Assembly: GCA_947384285.1 (NCBI GenBank) | Contig: CANDGI010000013.1 | Coordinates: 8,268 to 72,267, forward strand | Source: an uncultured Lachnospiraceae bacterium | GTDB taxonomy: Bacteria; Bacillota; Clostridia; Lachnospirales; Lachnospiraceae | Direction: 5' to 3' | DNA: 64,000 nucleotides | Shown here: positions 48,610 through 58,892 of the stretch, piece by piece | How positions within the stretch are numbered: position 1 is the stretch's first letter | Layout of the letters: every line of letters begins with the position of its first letter | The notes under the pieces: generated by a model | What the model was told of the DNA's origin: nothing | The model's database searches: none | Seen by the model: only the letters and a program-made list of their open reading frames with translations | Program-made: the position numbers and the translations under genes

Positions 48610-49500
48610 ATGGGCAGCGCCAGGATAGAAATTAAGGATTTATCCAAAAATTATGGAAAAAAACAGGCCTTAAACCATGTAAGCCTGGAAATTGAACAAG
48701 GAATGTTCGGGTTATTGGGGCCCAATGGAGCGGGAAAAACCACATTGATGAAAGTATTGACGACCCTGACAAAAAAGAGCAGCGGCCAAGTAAGCTTGTG
48801 CGGAATTCCTGTGGAGCAATGCAATGAGATACGCCGAATGACCGGCTATCTCCCCCAGGATTTTTCCATGTATGGGAATATGGGGGCGTATGAGGCTTTG
48901 GATTATCTAGCGGTATTATCCGGCATGGATAAGAAAAAGCGGGTCGAAAAGGTGCCCGAAATGCTTGAAAAAGTAAATCTGGGCGACCAGCACAAGACAA
49001 AGGTAAGGGCTATGTCCGGCGGCATGAGACGCCGCCTTGGAATCGCCCAGGCAATCATCCATGACCCCAGGATTATTGTGGTGGACGAACCCACTGCCGG
49101 GCTGGATCCAGAGGAACGGGTAAGGTTCCGAAACCTGCTCTGTGAAATCGCCAAAGACAGGATTGTAATTCTGTCTACTCACATTGTAGGGGATATTGAG
49201 GCAACCTGTGAAAATATTGCTGTGCTAAGCCAGGGGGAAATTCTGTTTCGGGGAACCGTATCCCAATTGCTGGAATCTGTGCGGGGAAAGGCCTATACCA
49301 TGGAAGTGTCTGCCATGGAGCTTCCCATGGTGAAGGAGCAGTTTCTGGTAACCGGAATCCTTACCAATGGAAGTACGGCTAATATCAAGATTATTGCAGA
49401 TGAGCCGCCGGTGAAAGGGGCAAAACCAGCGAGACCGGACGTGGAAGACGCCTATATGTACCTGATGAGCCATGCTTCTGCCTTCCCATGCAGGGAATAG
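48610..49500 (+). CDS. ABC-2 type exporter ATP-binding protein
   Basis: GPNGAGKTT, MSGGMRRR and DEPTAGLDP motifs. Confidence 0.95.
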   Translation: MGSARIEIKDLSKNYGKKQALNHVSLEIEQGMFGLLGPNGAGKTTLMKVLTTLTKKSSGQVSLCGIPVEQCNEIRRMTGYLPQDFSMYGNMGAYEALDYLAVLSGMDKKKRVEKVPEMLEKVNLGDQHKTKVRAMSGGMRRRLGIAQAIIHDPRIIVVDEPTAGLDPEERVRFRNLLCEIAKDRIVILSTHIVGDIEATCENIAVLSQGEILFRGTVSQLLESVRGKAYTMEVSAMELPMVKEQFLVTGILTNGSTANIKIIADEPPVKGAKPARPDVEDAYMYLMSHASAFPCRE

Positions 49501-49580
49501 GAGGAAGACCGATGCGAAACATTATTCGAAATGCCTGCCGGCGGAACGAAGTGGAGGGGGCATTTCATTGAAAAAGGAGG
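49499..49580 (+). repeat. Family A, copy A3 (internal deletion of about 11 bp)
   Basis: AGGAGGAAGACCGATGCGAAACATTATTCGAAATGCC...GGCATTTCATTGAAAAAGGAGG. Confidence 0.85.
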
Positions 49581-49587
49581 CGCCAGT

Positions 49588-50832
49588 ATGTTTGGTACGT
49601 TATTTTTGAAAGAATGCAGACAGGTGTTAAGAAGCATGGTTTACTATTTGTACGTGGTAATCTTTGTGATGTTTCTTTCCAGCCAGATGGGGGAAGTGGT
49701 CACTGCAGATCTGGATCGGCCAAAGCCGGGGCAGGAAAGCTATGGTTCCACTAGCAGCCACGAGGAGGGCGCGGTGATGGAAAAAATATTGGCGGGCCTT
49801 GTGATGGAAACATACCACAATTCTTATGCCACTTATCCCATGGGCTTTTACCGGGGCGTCACATTGAATGAAAGGGAACTGGCAGAGATGGCGTCTATCA
49901 TTGAGGAATGCACAGGAAAAAGCTGGGATGAGATACTTGAAAATATGGAAAACCATTTTGCAAAGTCAGACCAGACCACCATGGAGGGAGCTTTGCGGGC
50001 CCAGATATCATATTCTGTTGTCCCGAAAGCTTCCCTTAGCTATGAAGAATTCTGTGAAAATATGGAAAAGGCCTGTGAAATCATAGGGGCTGGAAGCTCT
50101 TATACACAGAAGCATCTGGATGCAGGCGTAGGGGTTCCCATGACTTATGAGCAGGCGGTGGAGGAATTTGAAACTCTTTGCGGAAAAGACAGGATTACAG
50201 GGGCTGTGGTAAGGCTGTTTTGTGACTATGCCGGAATTATTCTTTCCATTCTTCCTATTTTTCTGGGCGTGACACGCTGCCTTCGGGATAAACGAGCCAA
50301 GGTAAGCCAGGCAGTGTTTTCCCGCAGCACTTCGGCATTCCAGATTATCGCAAGCCGTTACCTGGCCAATGTGTGCATGGCATTCCTCCCGGTGGCAATT
50401 ACCATATTTGTGGTGCAGATGCCCTATCAGTATCATGCAAGAACCATAGGGATCACGCCGGATGCACTGGCATTTTTGAAGTACAGCCTTGTGTGGCTGC
50501 TGCCGGAGATTATGATAGTGCTTGCAGTATCGTTTTTTATCACAGAACTTACAGAAAATGTAATTTCTATTTTTATCCAGGTTTTCTGGGCAATTGGCAG
50601 TGTGTTTGGCGCAGCGGGCCTGCAAGGGGATTTTGGATTCCACTTGATTGCCCGGTGGAATGCATTGGGGAATACCAGCGCGTTTTGGAGCCAGCGGCAG
50701 GAGCTGTTTTGGAACCGAGGGTTTTATTTCGCCCTGGCGGTTCTGTTTCTAGGTTTGACCGTTGGGTTTTATGAGAAAAAGCGCAGGGAAGGAGAGACTG
50801 TTTATGGAAAGATATTTAAGCGCAGGAAGTAG
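49588..50832 (+). CDS. ABC transporter permease
   Basis: N-terminal TM, large loop, multi-TM C-terminus; follows the ATPase. Confidence 0.85.
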   Translation: MFGTLFLKECRQVLRSMVYYLYVVIFVMFLSSQMGEVVTADLDRPKPGQESYGSTSSHEEGAVMEKILAGLVMETYHNSYATYPMGFYRGVTLNERELAEMASIIEECTGKSWDEILENMENHFAKSDQTTMEGALRAQISYSVVPKASLSYEEFCENMEKACEIIGAGSSYTQKHLDAGVGVPMTYEQAVEEFETLCGKDRITGAVVRLFCDYAGIILSILPIFLGVTRCLRDKRAKVSQAVFSRSTSAFQIIASRYLANVCMAFLPVAITIFVVQMPYQYHARTIGITPDALAFLKYSLVWLLPEIMIVLAVSFFITELTENVISIFIQVFWAIGSVFGAAGLQGDFGFHLIARWNALGNTSAFWSQRQELFWNRGFYFALAVLFLGLTVGFYEKKRREGETVYGKIFKRRK

Positions 50833-51421
50833 CTTTGTCCGCAGGCAGTACGCGCCCCATCTGCTGGCTGCGCTGGTGCTTTGCTGCATGTCAGGTTTCT
50901 TTGTGAGCTTTCGGAACCTGGATGCTTTGCAGGCTGCGAAGGTGATGGAGATGTACGCGGCATTTCTTGGAATCCTTTTGATGACGCCTTTGTTCCTGCC
51001 AGAGCAGAACCGGGAAATCTGGCTGCTGGAAAAATCCAAGGCAACGCCTTTGTGGAAGCTGTACCTGCTCCGCCTGGCGATAGCCACAGTGCTTGTGGCA
51101 GCGGAGGTAACGGTATTCTGCCAGATGATGCGGCAGGGGAACAGCCAGTTTGACGGGAAGGCGTTGTGGATTGGCTCTTTCTGTGAGAATTTTTTCCTGG
51201 GAAGCATTGGGTTTTTTGTCAGCGGAATCACCAATCAGGCAGTACTGGGCTATATGGTATCCATCGTGTATTTTTTTGCAAATATAGGCGCGTCCAGGTA
51301 TCTAGGGAAACTTGCCCTGTTCCAGATGATGAAGGGAGAGTATGGGTTTATCCTTCCCATGGCGGCTGCGGCATTGGCTCTTGCGGCAGGAGGGATTGTG
51401 CTGAGGGAAAAAATAGGTTGA
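50804..51421 (+). CDS. ABC transporter permease (second membrane subunit)
   Basis: Hydrophobic 205-aa ORF overlapping the previous gene. Confidence 0.8.
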   Translation: MERYLSAGSSFVRRQYAPHLLAALVLCCMSGFFVSFRNLDALQAAKVMEMYAAFLGILLMTPLFLPEQNREIWLLEKSKATPLWKLYLLRLAIATVLVAAEVTVFCQMMRQGNSQFDGKALWIGSFCENFFLGSIGFFVSGITNQAVLGYMVSIVYFFANIGASRYLGKLALFQMMKGEYGFILPMAAAALALAAGGIVLREKIG

Positions 51422-51555
51422 GTGTTGAGTTTGGGAAGGAAAGAGAGAATACGCTCTAGGGCATATAGATAAATTCAGAAAGGAATACGCCGAAGATCAA
51501 TAAGATATTCAATATAAAGGATATGAATAGAATATCGGGATAAATGCTGCAGGCA

Positions 51556-51598
51556 AAGGGATTCTGGCAAAGTGGCTGCTGCCAGAGTCCCTTGTTTT
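51556..51598 (+). terminator. Intrinsic terminator
   Basis: AAGGGATTCTGGCA..TGCCAGAGTCCCTT plus T-run. Confidence 0.75.
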
Positions 51599-51794
51599 CT
51601 GGGATCTGCTAAAACGGCATGGGAGCGGCAGTTATGGGACTGCAGCATTCATAAGTCTGCTTCTTCTGGCATGGGTTCTTATTATGCAGATATCTTTTTT
51701 GAAAAATTATGGAAAACAGGTTAGATTTATGATATATTATGCTTAAAAAAGTACTTAAAAAAAGTATGGGAGATAAAATGGATAAAAAGAAAAT

Positions 51795-52088
51795 TTTGAG
51801 CGGTTAAAGCAGGGGGAGCAGGAAGCAGCCTGTCTTTGGGAGCAGTATACGTCTTATCTGGCTATGGCAGTGAATAATATTCATATGGTCTTAGACTGTG
51901 ATATTGTTCTGGGAGGATATGTAGGAAGCTGTATGGGTGAGCTTGTCCAGAATATCCGGGACAAAGTATTGGAAAGGAATACATTTAAAGAAGAAAGTTC
52001 TTTTATTAAAACCTGTAAACATAAGACAGGGGCTGCTGCGTTAGGGGCATCATTAAAAGTGCTAGAACTGTTTGTAGAACAGATATAA
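51795..52088 (+). pseudogene. C-terminal fragment of a ROK-family regulator
   Basis: WEQYTSYLAMAVNNIHMVLDCDIVLGGYVG..AAALGA; no N-terminal HTH or ROK motif upstream. Confidence 0.75.
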
Positions 52089-52336
52089 AATCTGGTTAAG
52101 CATTAATATCCTCCATAACGAAAAAGGAAGTTTTGTTTTAAGGGATTTCAGAGATGGAATCTCTTTTTTTGTTGCAAATTACTAAAAACAAAATTGGCAT
52201 TTTGGAAGAAGTGACGAAAGTTGTTAGATTCTTGATTTTCTATTGACAAAAAGGTATGTGCCAAATAATAAAACTATTTAATAAAGTATCAAACAAAGAA
52301 AAGGAGGAACTAATTTATGAAAGGAGAAAGGCAAAC

Positions 52337-52918
52337 ATGTATGATGTAGCTGCATTAGGGGAACTGCTGGTTGACTTTATCCAAAATGGAAGCAGCCAGA
52401 ATGGAAACTTGGAGTTTGAAGCAAATCCGGGAGGCGCGCCATGCAATGTGCTTGCAATGCTGGCGCGGCTTGGATATCAGACCGCTTTTATTGGGAAAGT
52501 GGGTGATGATTCTTTTGGAAGGATGTTAGGGAAGATAATTCAGGAGACAGGAATTTCAGCAGAAGGGCTGATTTATGACAGAAATGTAAAAACGACGCTG
52601 GCTTTTGTCCATTCACTGGCAGACGGCGACAGGGATTTTTCATTTTACAGAAATCCGGGGGCAGACATTATGCTGGCGGAGCAGGAAGTCAGCGAAAAAC
52701 TGGTGGAAGGGTGCAGGATCTTCCATTTTGGCTCCCTTTCCCTTACCGATGAACCAGCAGAGTCAGCAACAAAAAGAGCCGTTGCTGTTGCGAAGGAAGC
52801 AGGAAAACTGATTTCTTTTGATCCAAATTACAGGGAACCGCTATGGGAAAATGAGGAACAGGCAAAAGAGGCAGCCTGCCTGTTTTTTCTGATTCGGCAT
52901 TACAAAAATTTGGAATAA
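52337..52918 (+). pseudogene. 3'-truncated PfkB carbohydrate kinase (fructokinase-like)
   Basis: GELLVDF, PGGAPCNV and FDPNYR present; ends at 193 aa without the DTTGAGD motif. Confidence 0.85.
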
Positions 52919-53163
52919 TTGTTTAGAAAAGATTGACGAAAAAAGAGAAACGCGGTAAAATTAAAAAAGAATGCCATAGGAAAATATAAACATGAAACCC
53001 AATATGTATCAGACAGTTTTGGTACAGCGGCGTTCTTGTCTGCATTTCGGATATGGCATCTATCCGAAAGATGTATATCGCATGTGTTTGTTTAAGGATA
53101 ATTCGCGGTGGAGAGGTATATCAGCATATTTCGGAAATTCATAAAAAGGACGGAGAGAGAGGT

Positions 53164-54876
53164 ATGTTAGAAAAGCTAAATAGTATGAGGATTCGAGAGC
53201 GCCTCAAAAGAGCATTTACTTTAATTTCAGCAATGATGGCGACAGTTGCAGTGATTGGGGTAGTCGCAATGGTTATTATGTCCAATATGTATGCAGATGC
53301 GTTAGTGGATTATGGATTTGCCCAGGGCGACGTGGGCAGGGCAATGGCAAGCTTTGCAGATACAAGATCGGCATTGCGGGGTACAATTGGATATGAGGAG
53401 CAGAGCGCTATTGATTCCATGGTGGCACAGCATGAGCAGTGCAAGGCGGAATTTACGACAGAATTTGAAAACCTTGAGAAGTCTATGGTGACGGAGGCTA
53501 ACAAGAAAATCTATAAGGAGCTTCAGGAAAAGCTGGTAGACTATTGGGCGCTGGAGCAGCAGATTATGGATTTGGGAGCAACCACAGACCAGGAGAAATG
53601 CATTCAGGCTCAGGAAATGGCCATGAATGATTTGGCGTCCATGTATGAGGAAGTTTATAATGACCTGACAGAGATTATGAGCGTTAAGGTTACAAACGGA
53701 TCCGCATTATCTAACAGGCTTTTTATTATAAGTATTGTAGTGCCTGTAATTATCGCTGTGGTTATTGTGCTGGCAATCGTTTTGTCAAGCCATCTTGGCA
53801 CAGGGATTGCCGATGGCATTGTTACGCCGACCGTGAAGTTAAGAGATCGTTTGGAGAAGTTTGCGCAGGGCGACCTCTCTTCTCCTTTTCCGGATGCAGA
53901 TACCCAGGATGAGGTTGCCGAGATGATAGAGATAGCCCGGCATATGGCAGCAACCTTGAACTTTGTCATTGCCGATGAGGAGAGGCTGTTAGGAGAGATG
54001 GCCAATGCCAATTACGATGTCCGTTCTGAGGATTCCACCAGATACAGGGGGGATTTGGAGCAGATTTATCTGTCTTTGCGTGAGTTGAAGAGACAGATGG
54101 CTACGACCATTCAGTCCATTGACGAAGCTTCTACCCAGGTATCAGCAGGCTCCACCAATTTGGCGGAGGCTTCCCAGAGCCTGGCAGAAGGGGCAACAGA
54201 GCAGGCTGGCGCCGTGCAGCAGATGCAGGCAACCATTATGACAATTACAGATAACATTGTGCTGGCAGCGGAAAAGGCAGAGGAATCTTATCAGCTTGCA
54301 CAGCAGTATGCAGATGAGGCAGACCGCAGCCGCGGCGAGATGGAAATGATGGTAGCTGCAATGGAGCGTATCAATGAAGCGTCCCAGAAGATTGGAAATA
54401 TTATTTCAGAGATTGAAGACATTGCATCCCAGACAAACCTGCTTTCCTTGAATGCTTCCATTGAGGCTGCAAGGGCAGGAGAGGCAGGAAGAGGATTCTC
54501 TGTTGTGGCAGATCAGATCCGCCAGCTTGCAGAACAGAGCTCTACAGCGGCGGTTGAGACCAGAGAACTGATTGAGGGTGCCATCCGCGAGGTAGAGCAA
54601 GGAAATGAAGCGGCAGAACGTGCATCTGCTTCTATCAAGATTGTGGTAGAGGGTATTGGAAAGATCGCATCCTCCTCCAAGATGGTAAGCAGCACATCTG
54701 CAGACCAGGCAACAGCCATGAAGCAGGCAGAACAGGGTGTAAACCAGATTTCAGAAGTGGTTCAGTCCAATTCGGCTACAGCGGAAGAATCTTCTGCAAC
54801 CAGCGAGGAATTGTCCGCACAGGCAGTTTGTTTGGATGAGTTGATTGGTAAATTTATTTTGCCGTCAGATCTTTAA
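53164..54876 (+). CDS. Methyl-accepting chemotaxis protein (4HB-type sensor, HAMP)
   Basis: Two TMs; [23 protein letters not shown]. Confidence 0.95.
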   Translation: MLEKLNSMRIRERLKRAFTLISAMMATVAVIGVVAMVIMSNMYADALVDYGFAQGDVGRAMASFADTRSALRGTIGYEEQSAIDSMVAQHEQCKAEFTTEFENLEKSMVTEANKKIYKELQEKLVDYWALEQQIMDLGATTDQEKCIQAQEMAMNDLASMYEEVYNDLTEIMSVKVTNGSALSNRLFIISIVVPVIIAVVIVLAIVLSSHLGTGIADGIVTPTVKLRDRLEKFAQGDLSSPFPDADTQDEVAEMIEIARHMAATLNFVIADEERLLGEMANANYDVRSEDSTRYRGDLEQIYLSLRELKRQMATTIQSIDEASTQVSAGSTNLAEASQSLAEGATEQAGAVQQMQATIMTITDNIVLAAEKAEESYQLAQQYADEADRSRGEMEMMVAAMERINEASQKIGNIISEIEDIASQTNLLSLNASIEAARAGEAGRGFSVVADQIRQLAEQSSTAAVETRELIEGAIREVEQGNEAAERASASIKIVVEGIGKIASSSKMVSSTSADQATAMKQAEQGVNQISEVVQSNSATAEESSATSEELSAQAVCLDELIGKFILPSDL

Positions 54877-54899
54877 AAGCAAGAATGGTAACATAACGT

Positions 54900-54932
54900 A
54901 CGGAGGCTTTTTTTGAAGGCCTCCGTTTTTTT
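54900..54932 (+). terminator. Intrinsic terminator
   Basis: ACGGAGGCTTT..AAGGCCTCCGT plus T-run. Confidence 0.85.
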
Positions 54933-54938
54933 GAAAAT

Positions 54939-55178
54939 ATGTGGATGCCTGTTTTTGGCAAGAGTTACCAGCAATATATCTTTAGCATCATTAAAAAATG
55001 GAAAAGTGATTTGCTGGATGCTTATCCCTGGCTGAAGGGGAAGGATTATGATATGGCCAGTGAAATGCTGCTGGACATGGGAGATTCATTTTTGTTTATT
55101 TTGGATGAATGGGACTATCTATTTCATAACAAATTCATGAGCGAGGAGAATATAGTTCTGCCTGGAAAGGAATGGTGA
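54939..55178 (+). pseudogene. Internal fragment of an AAA-ATPase-like protein
   Basis: Walker-B-like FLFILDEWD with no Walker A or C-terminus. Confidence 0.6.
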
Positions 55179-55183
55179 AACTT

Positions 55184-55651
55184 ATGGAGAATTATTTTCC
55201 AATATTTATCAATATGGAGGGAAAACGGGTGCAGGTATTTGGCGGTGGGACGATTGCTGCCAGGCGTGTGTCCGTTCTATTGGAATTCGGAGCCAAAGTG
55301 CGGGTGGCGGCGCCGGAAATATCCGAAATGTTAGAAGAACTGGCGCAGCGGAATAAGAATCTGGTGTTGGAATACCGTCCATACCAGCCAGGAGAATTGC
55401 AGGAAGCAGAAATTGTCATTGCCGCAACCGGAGACGGCGCGGTGGATGAGATGATTTTCCGGGAGTGCCGGCATAAGGACATCCCGGTCAATATAGCCTC
55501 TGATAAGGAGAAATGTGATTTTTATTTCCCAGGAATTGCAAGGGAGGGAGAGATTACAGTGGGAGTGACTGCCAGCGGCAGAAACCACCAAAAGGCGGCT
55601 GAGGTAACGAAGGAAATCCGAAGGCTGCTGAAAGAAATTATGCCCGTATAA
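55184..55651 (+). CDS. Precorrin-2 dehydrogenase/sirohydrochlorin ferrochelatase (SirC/CysG N-terminal type)
   Basis: YFPIF, GGGTIAARR, IAAT and CDFYFP motifs; alternative start at 55172. Confidence 0.88.
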   Translation: MENYFPIFINMEGKRVQVFGGGTIAARRVSVLLEFGAKVRVAAPEISEMLEELAQRNKNLVLEYRPYQPGELQEAEIVIAATGDGAVDEMIFRECRHKDIPVNIASDKEKCDFYFPGIAREGEITVGVTASGRNHQKAAEVTKEIRRLLKEIMPV

Positions 55652-55690
55652 CAACGGCTGGGCAAACGGCCTATTATTTTTGGATGCAAT

Positions 55691-55805
55691 ATGAAATTGA
55701 TTTCATAATACTATACAAAAAATTCTGGATAGAATTGGTTAGTGTGACAATTTACAAAAAAAAGTTTGCAGGGTAATATTATACCATAAATGAAATCGAT
55801 AACAT
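55691..55805. promoter_or_regulatory. Two LacI-type operators upstream of the GH13 gene
   Basis: ATGAAATTGATTTCAT (55691-55706) and ATGAAATCGATAACAT (55790-55805). Confidence 0.65.
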
Positions 55806-55891
55806 AAGCTTTGAGTGGGCATTATGATGTTTTCCTGGAATGCCCTGCAAGGATAGTATAACAAACTAAAAAATAATAGGAAGGTGAGAGC

Positions 55892-57805
55892 ATGAGCAAG
55901 AAGGAGAAAAAGAACCTCATGGCAGAGGATAAGAAAACTGGAAAAAAGGTTTTGCCAGTAGAGGAGACGGTATCTGGAGACGAAATTTTTCAAGAGAGAT
56001 TAAAGAAGCATCATGATGAGCTCCGGTGGCTTTATATGGAATTATACCAAAATGACTCTATGTTTGCAGAGCTTTGTAATGAGCTGAGGCGGTTTTACCT
56101 GGAAAGAAATGAGGAATTGAAGGCTGCCGACTGTAAACGGGAGAAAGAGCGGGAATGGTATAAGCGAAATGACATGATGGGGATGATGCTCTACATTGAC
56201 AATTTTGCAGGAAATATGAAAGGCGTGGAACAAAAGCTTGATTATATTGACCAGTGCAATGTGAATTATATCCATCTAATGCCGTTTTTGGATACTCCAA
56301 AAGGGCGCTCCGACGGTGGATATGCTGTATCGGATTTCCGCAAGGTGCAAGAAGAACTGGGATCTATGGAGGATTTGGAGAGACTGACGGCTGCCTGCCA
56401 TAAAAAAGGAATCAATATCTGCATGGATTTTGTAATGAACCATACCTCGGAGGATCATGAGTGGGCAAAGAGGGCCCGCCAGGGCGAAGGGGAGTATATG
56501 AGCCGCTACTTCTTTTTTGACAATGACAGGGAACCGGCTTTGTATGAAAAGACAGTGCCCCAGGTATTTCCTACCACCGCTCCAGGGAATTTTACATGGC
56601 TTCCTGAGATGGGATATTTTGTAATGACCACCTTTTATCCCTACCAGTGGGATTTGAATTATAGAAATCCGAGGGTATTCAATGAGATGATGTACAACTT
56701 CCTTTATCTGGCAAACAGAGGGATTGATATTATCCGAATTGATGCAGTGCCCTATATTTGGAAGGAGCTGAATACCCCATGCCGCAATCTTCCCCAGGTA
56801 CATACCATTGTGCGCATGATGCGCATTATCAGCGAGATTGTCTGCCCAGGCGTTCTTCTGCTGGGAGAGGTTGTCATGGAGCCGGAAAAGGTTGTGCCTT
56901 ATTTTGGAACCCTGGAGAAGCCGGAATGCCATATGCTTTATAACGTTACCACAATGGCAACGACCTGGCATACGGTGGCGACAAGGGACGTAAAGCTATT
57001 GAAAAGACAGCTTGATATTGTTAATTCCCTTCCGAAGGATTATGTATTTTTAAATTATCTCCGCTGCCATGATGACATCGGATGGGGTCTTGATTTCGGC
57101 ACCCTGATGACAGAAGGGATTGGGGAACGGAGCCATAAACAGTACCTGAATAATTATTTCCAGGGATATGCAGGGGAAAGCAAAAGCCGCGGAGAGCTTT
57201 ACAACTATGACCCTGTGACCGGAGACGCCAGGTTCTGCGGAACCACTGCATCCATGTGCGGCGTAGAGAAAGCTGGGTTTGAGCAGAATGGCCAGGAAAT
57301 GGAGCAGGCAGTCAAAATGGATTTGATGCTCCATGCATATATGTTTATGCAGTCAGGCATTCCCGTGCTGTACAGCGGAGATGAGGTTGGCCAGGTCAAT
57401 GATTATACCTATAAGGATAATCCCGACAAAGCGGCGGATTCCCGCTATATCCACCGGGGAAAGATGAATTGGGATCTGGTGAAAGACATTGATGATACAA
57501 CCACCGTATCAGGGAAGATTTTCCAGGGATTGAAGCAGTTAGAGACAATCCGCAAGGCAGAAAAAGCATTTGTGTCAAATGCCGACACCTGGACCATCGA
57601 CACCTGGGATCCATCTGTATTGTGCATTGGCAGGTATTATGACGGAGACAAGATTATCGGCCTGTTTAATTTCAGCGAGTTTGATAAAACAGCATGGATT
57701 AACGAGGACGATGGAGATTATGTGGAATTGATTTCAGGAGAAGAGATGAAGCCAGTCGGGGTTAATATTCCGGCATATGGATTTTATTACCTGAAAAAGA
57801 AATAG
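55892..57805 (+). CDS. Amylosucrase-like GH13 glycoside hydrolase
   Basis: SDGGYAV, NHTS, QWDLN, RIDAVPYIWK, YLRCHDDIGW and DSRYIHR motifs. Confidence 0.88.
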   Translation: MSKKEKKNLMAEDKKTGKKVLPVEETVSGDEIFQERLKKHHDELRWLYMELYQNDSMFAELCNELRRFYLERNEELKAADCKREKEREWYKRNDMMGMMLYIDNFAGNMKGVEQKLDYIDQCNVNYIHLMPFLDTPKGRSDGGYAVSDFRKVQEELGSMEDLERLTAACHKKGINICMDFVMNHTSEDHEWAKRARQGEGEYMSRYFFFDNDREPALYEKTVPQVFPTTAPGNFTWLPEMGYFVMTTFYPYQWDLNYRNPRVFNEMMYNFLYLANRGIDIIRIDAVPYIWKELNTPCRNLPQVHTIVRMMRIISEIVCPGVLLLGEVVMEPEKVVPYFGTLEKPECHMLYNVTTMATTWHTVATRDVKLLKRQLDIVNSLPKDYVFLNYLRCHDDIGWGLDFGTLMTEGIGERSHKQYLNNYFQGYAGESKSRGELYNYDPVTGDARFCGTTASMCGVEKAGFEQNGQEMEQAVKMDLMLHAYMFMQSGIPVLYSGDEVGQVNDYTYKDNPDKAADSRYIHRGKMNWDLVKDIDDTTTVSGKIFQGLKQLETIRKAEKAFVSNADTWTIDTWDPSVLCIGRYYDGDKIIGLFNFSEFDKTAWINEDDGDYVELISGEEMKPVGVNIPAYGFYYLKKK

Positions 57806-57817
57806 GGAACCGTGCAG

Positions 57818-58807
57818 ATGAATATTGCAGATATTGCGAGACTGGCAGGCGTATCCAGGGCAGCCGTTTCACGTTATTTTAATGATGGATATATTTCTAA
57901 AGAGAAGCGGGAGGCAATCCGCAAGGTGGTGGAAGAAACAGGATACCGCCCGTCTGTCCAGGCGCAGACTCTTCGGACGAAGAAAACGAAAATGATTGGC
58001 GTTATTGTGCCGAAGGTTGCTTCTGCATCCATTGGGAGGATTGTGGAAGGCGTGCTTTCGGTTTTGAATGAGAGCAGGTATCAGACCCTTCTGGCAGTGA
58101 CCCAGAACGATCCGAAGAAAGAACTGGAATATTTGTCCGCCTTCCATGAAAAACAGGTGGATGGCGTGATATTAGCGGCAACTGTACTGACGCCGGAGCA
58201 TAAGTGTTTGTTAAAAACCGTATCGGTTCCGGTTGTCATTGTGGGGCAGCAGTTATCTGGACATTACTGTGTGTTCCATGATGATTACCATGCCACCTGC
58301 AGCCTGACAAAATTGTTCCTGGAAAATGGAAGGAAGAAGCTGGGGTATATAAGTGCAATCCAGCAGGATCAGGCGGTGGGGGCTGAGCGCTTCCGGGGCT
58401 TCCAGGATGCAGTGTGCGGCATGGGATGTGAGGAGCTTATGGATCATTTTGTAACCGCCTCCTTTTCTGTGGCCTCCGGGTATGAAAAGACAAGGGAGCT
58501 TTTGGAAAGGTACAGGGATTTGGATGGCATCATTTGCGCGACGGATTCCATGGCAGCTGGCTGCATGCAGTATCTGCGCGACCATAAGATTGAGGTTCCG
58601 AAACAAATTCTCGTGGCAGGCCATGGGGATTCCGACCTGGCAAGGGTGACAACGCCGCCTTTGGTTACCGTCCATTATTTTTATGAAAAAAGCGGGGAGA
58701 TTGCAGTAAAGATGCTGCTGGAATTGCTGGGACAGGGGAAAACAGCGTTACAGGAAGTAAAGCTGGGATATGAAATTGTTGGTTTGAAAGATAACCGGGG
58801 TGCGTAA
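57818..58807 (+). CDS. LacI family regulator (ScrR-like)
   Basis: MNIADIARLAGVSRAAVSRY; GTG at 57812 is an alternative start. Confidence 0.92.
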   Translation: MNIADIARLAGVSRAAVSRYFNDGYISKEKREAIRKVVEETGYRPSVQAQTLRTKKTKMIGVIVPKVASASIGRIVEGVLSVLNESRYQTLLAVTQNDPKKELEYLSAFHEKQVDGVILAATVLTPEHKCLLKTVSVPVVIVGQQLSGHYCVFHDDYHATCSLTKLFLENGRKKLGYISAIQQDQAVGAERFRGFQDAVCGMGCEELMDHFVTASFSVASGYEKTRELLERYRDLDGIICATDSMAAGCMQYLRDHKIEVPKQILVAGHGDSDLARVTTPPLVTVHYFYEKSGEIAVKMLLELLGQGKTALQEVKLGYEIVGLKDNRGA

Positions 58808-58892
58808 GCAAGGAAACACTTATCGACGAATGCCTCTTTTTGTGCTATGATAATGGATGTATTACCATAGACAACAGAAAGGGGCATTTTTG

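Noticed and set aside
46618-51421. Bacteriocin or lantibiotic biosynthesis cluster
   Set aside because: Only a two-component system and an ABC exporter are present; no precursor peptide or modification enzyme was seen.
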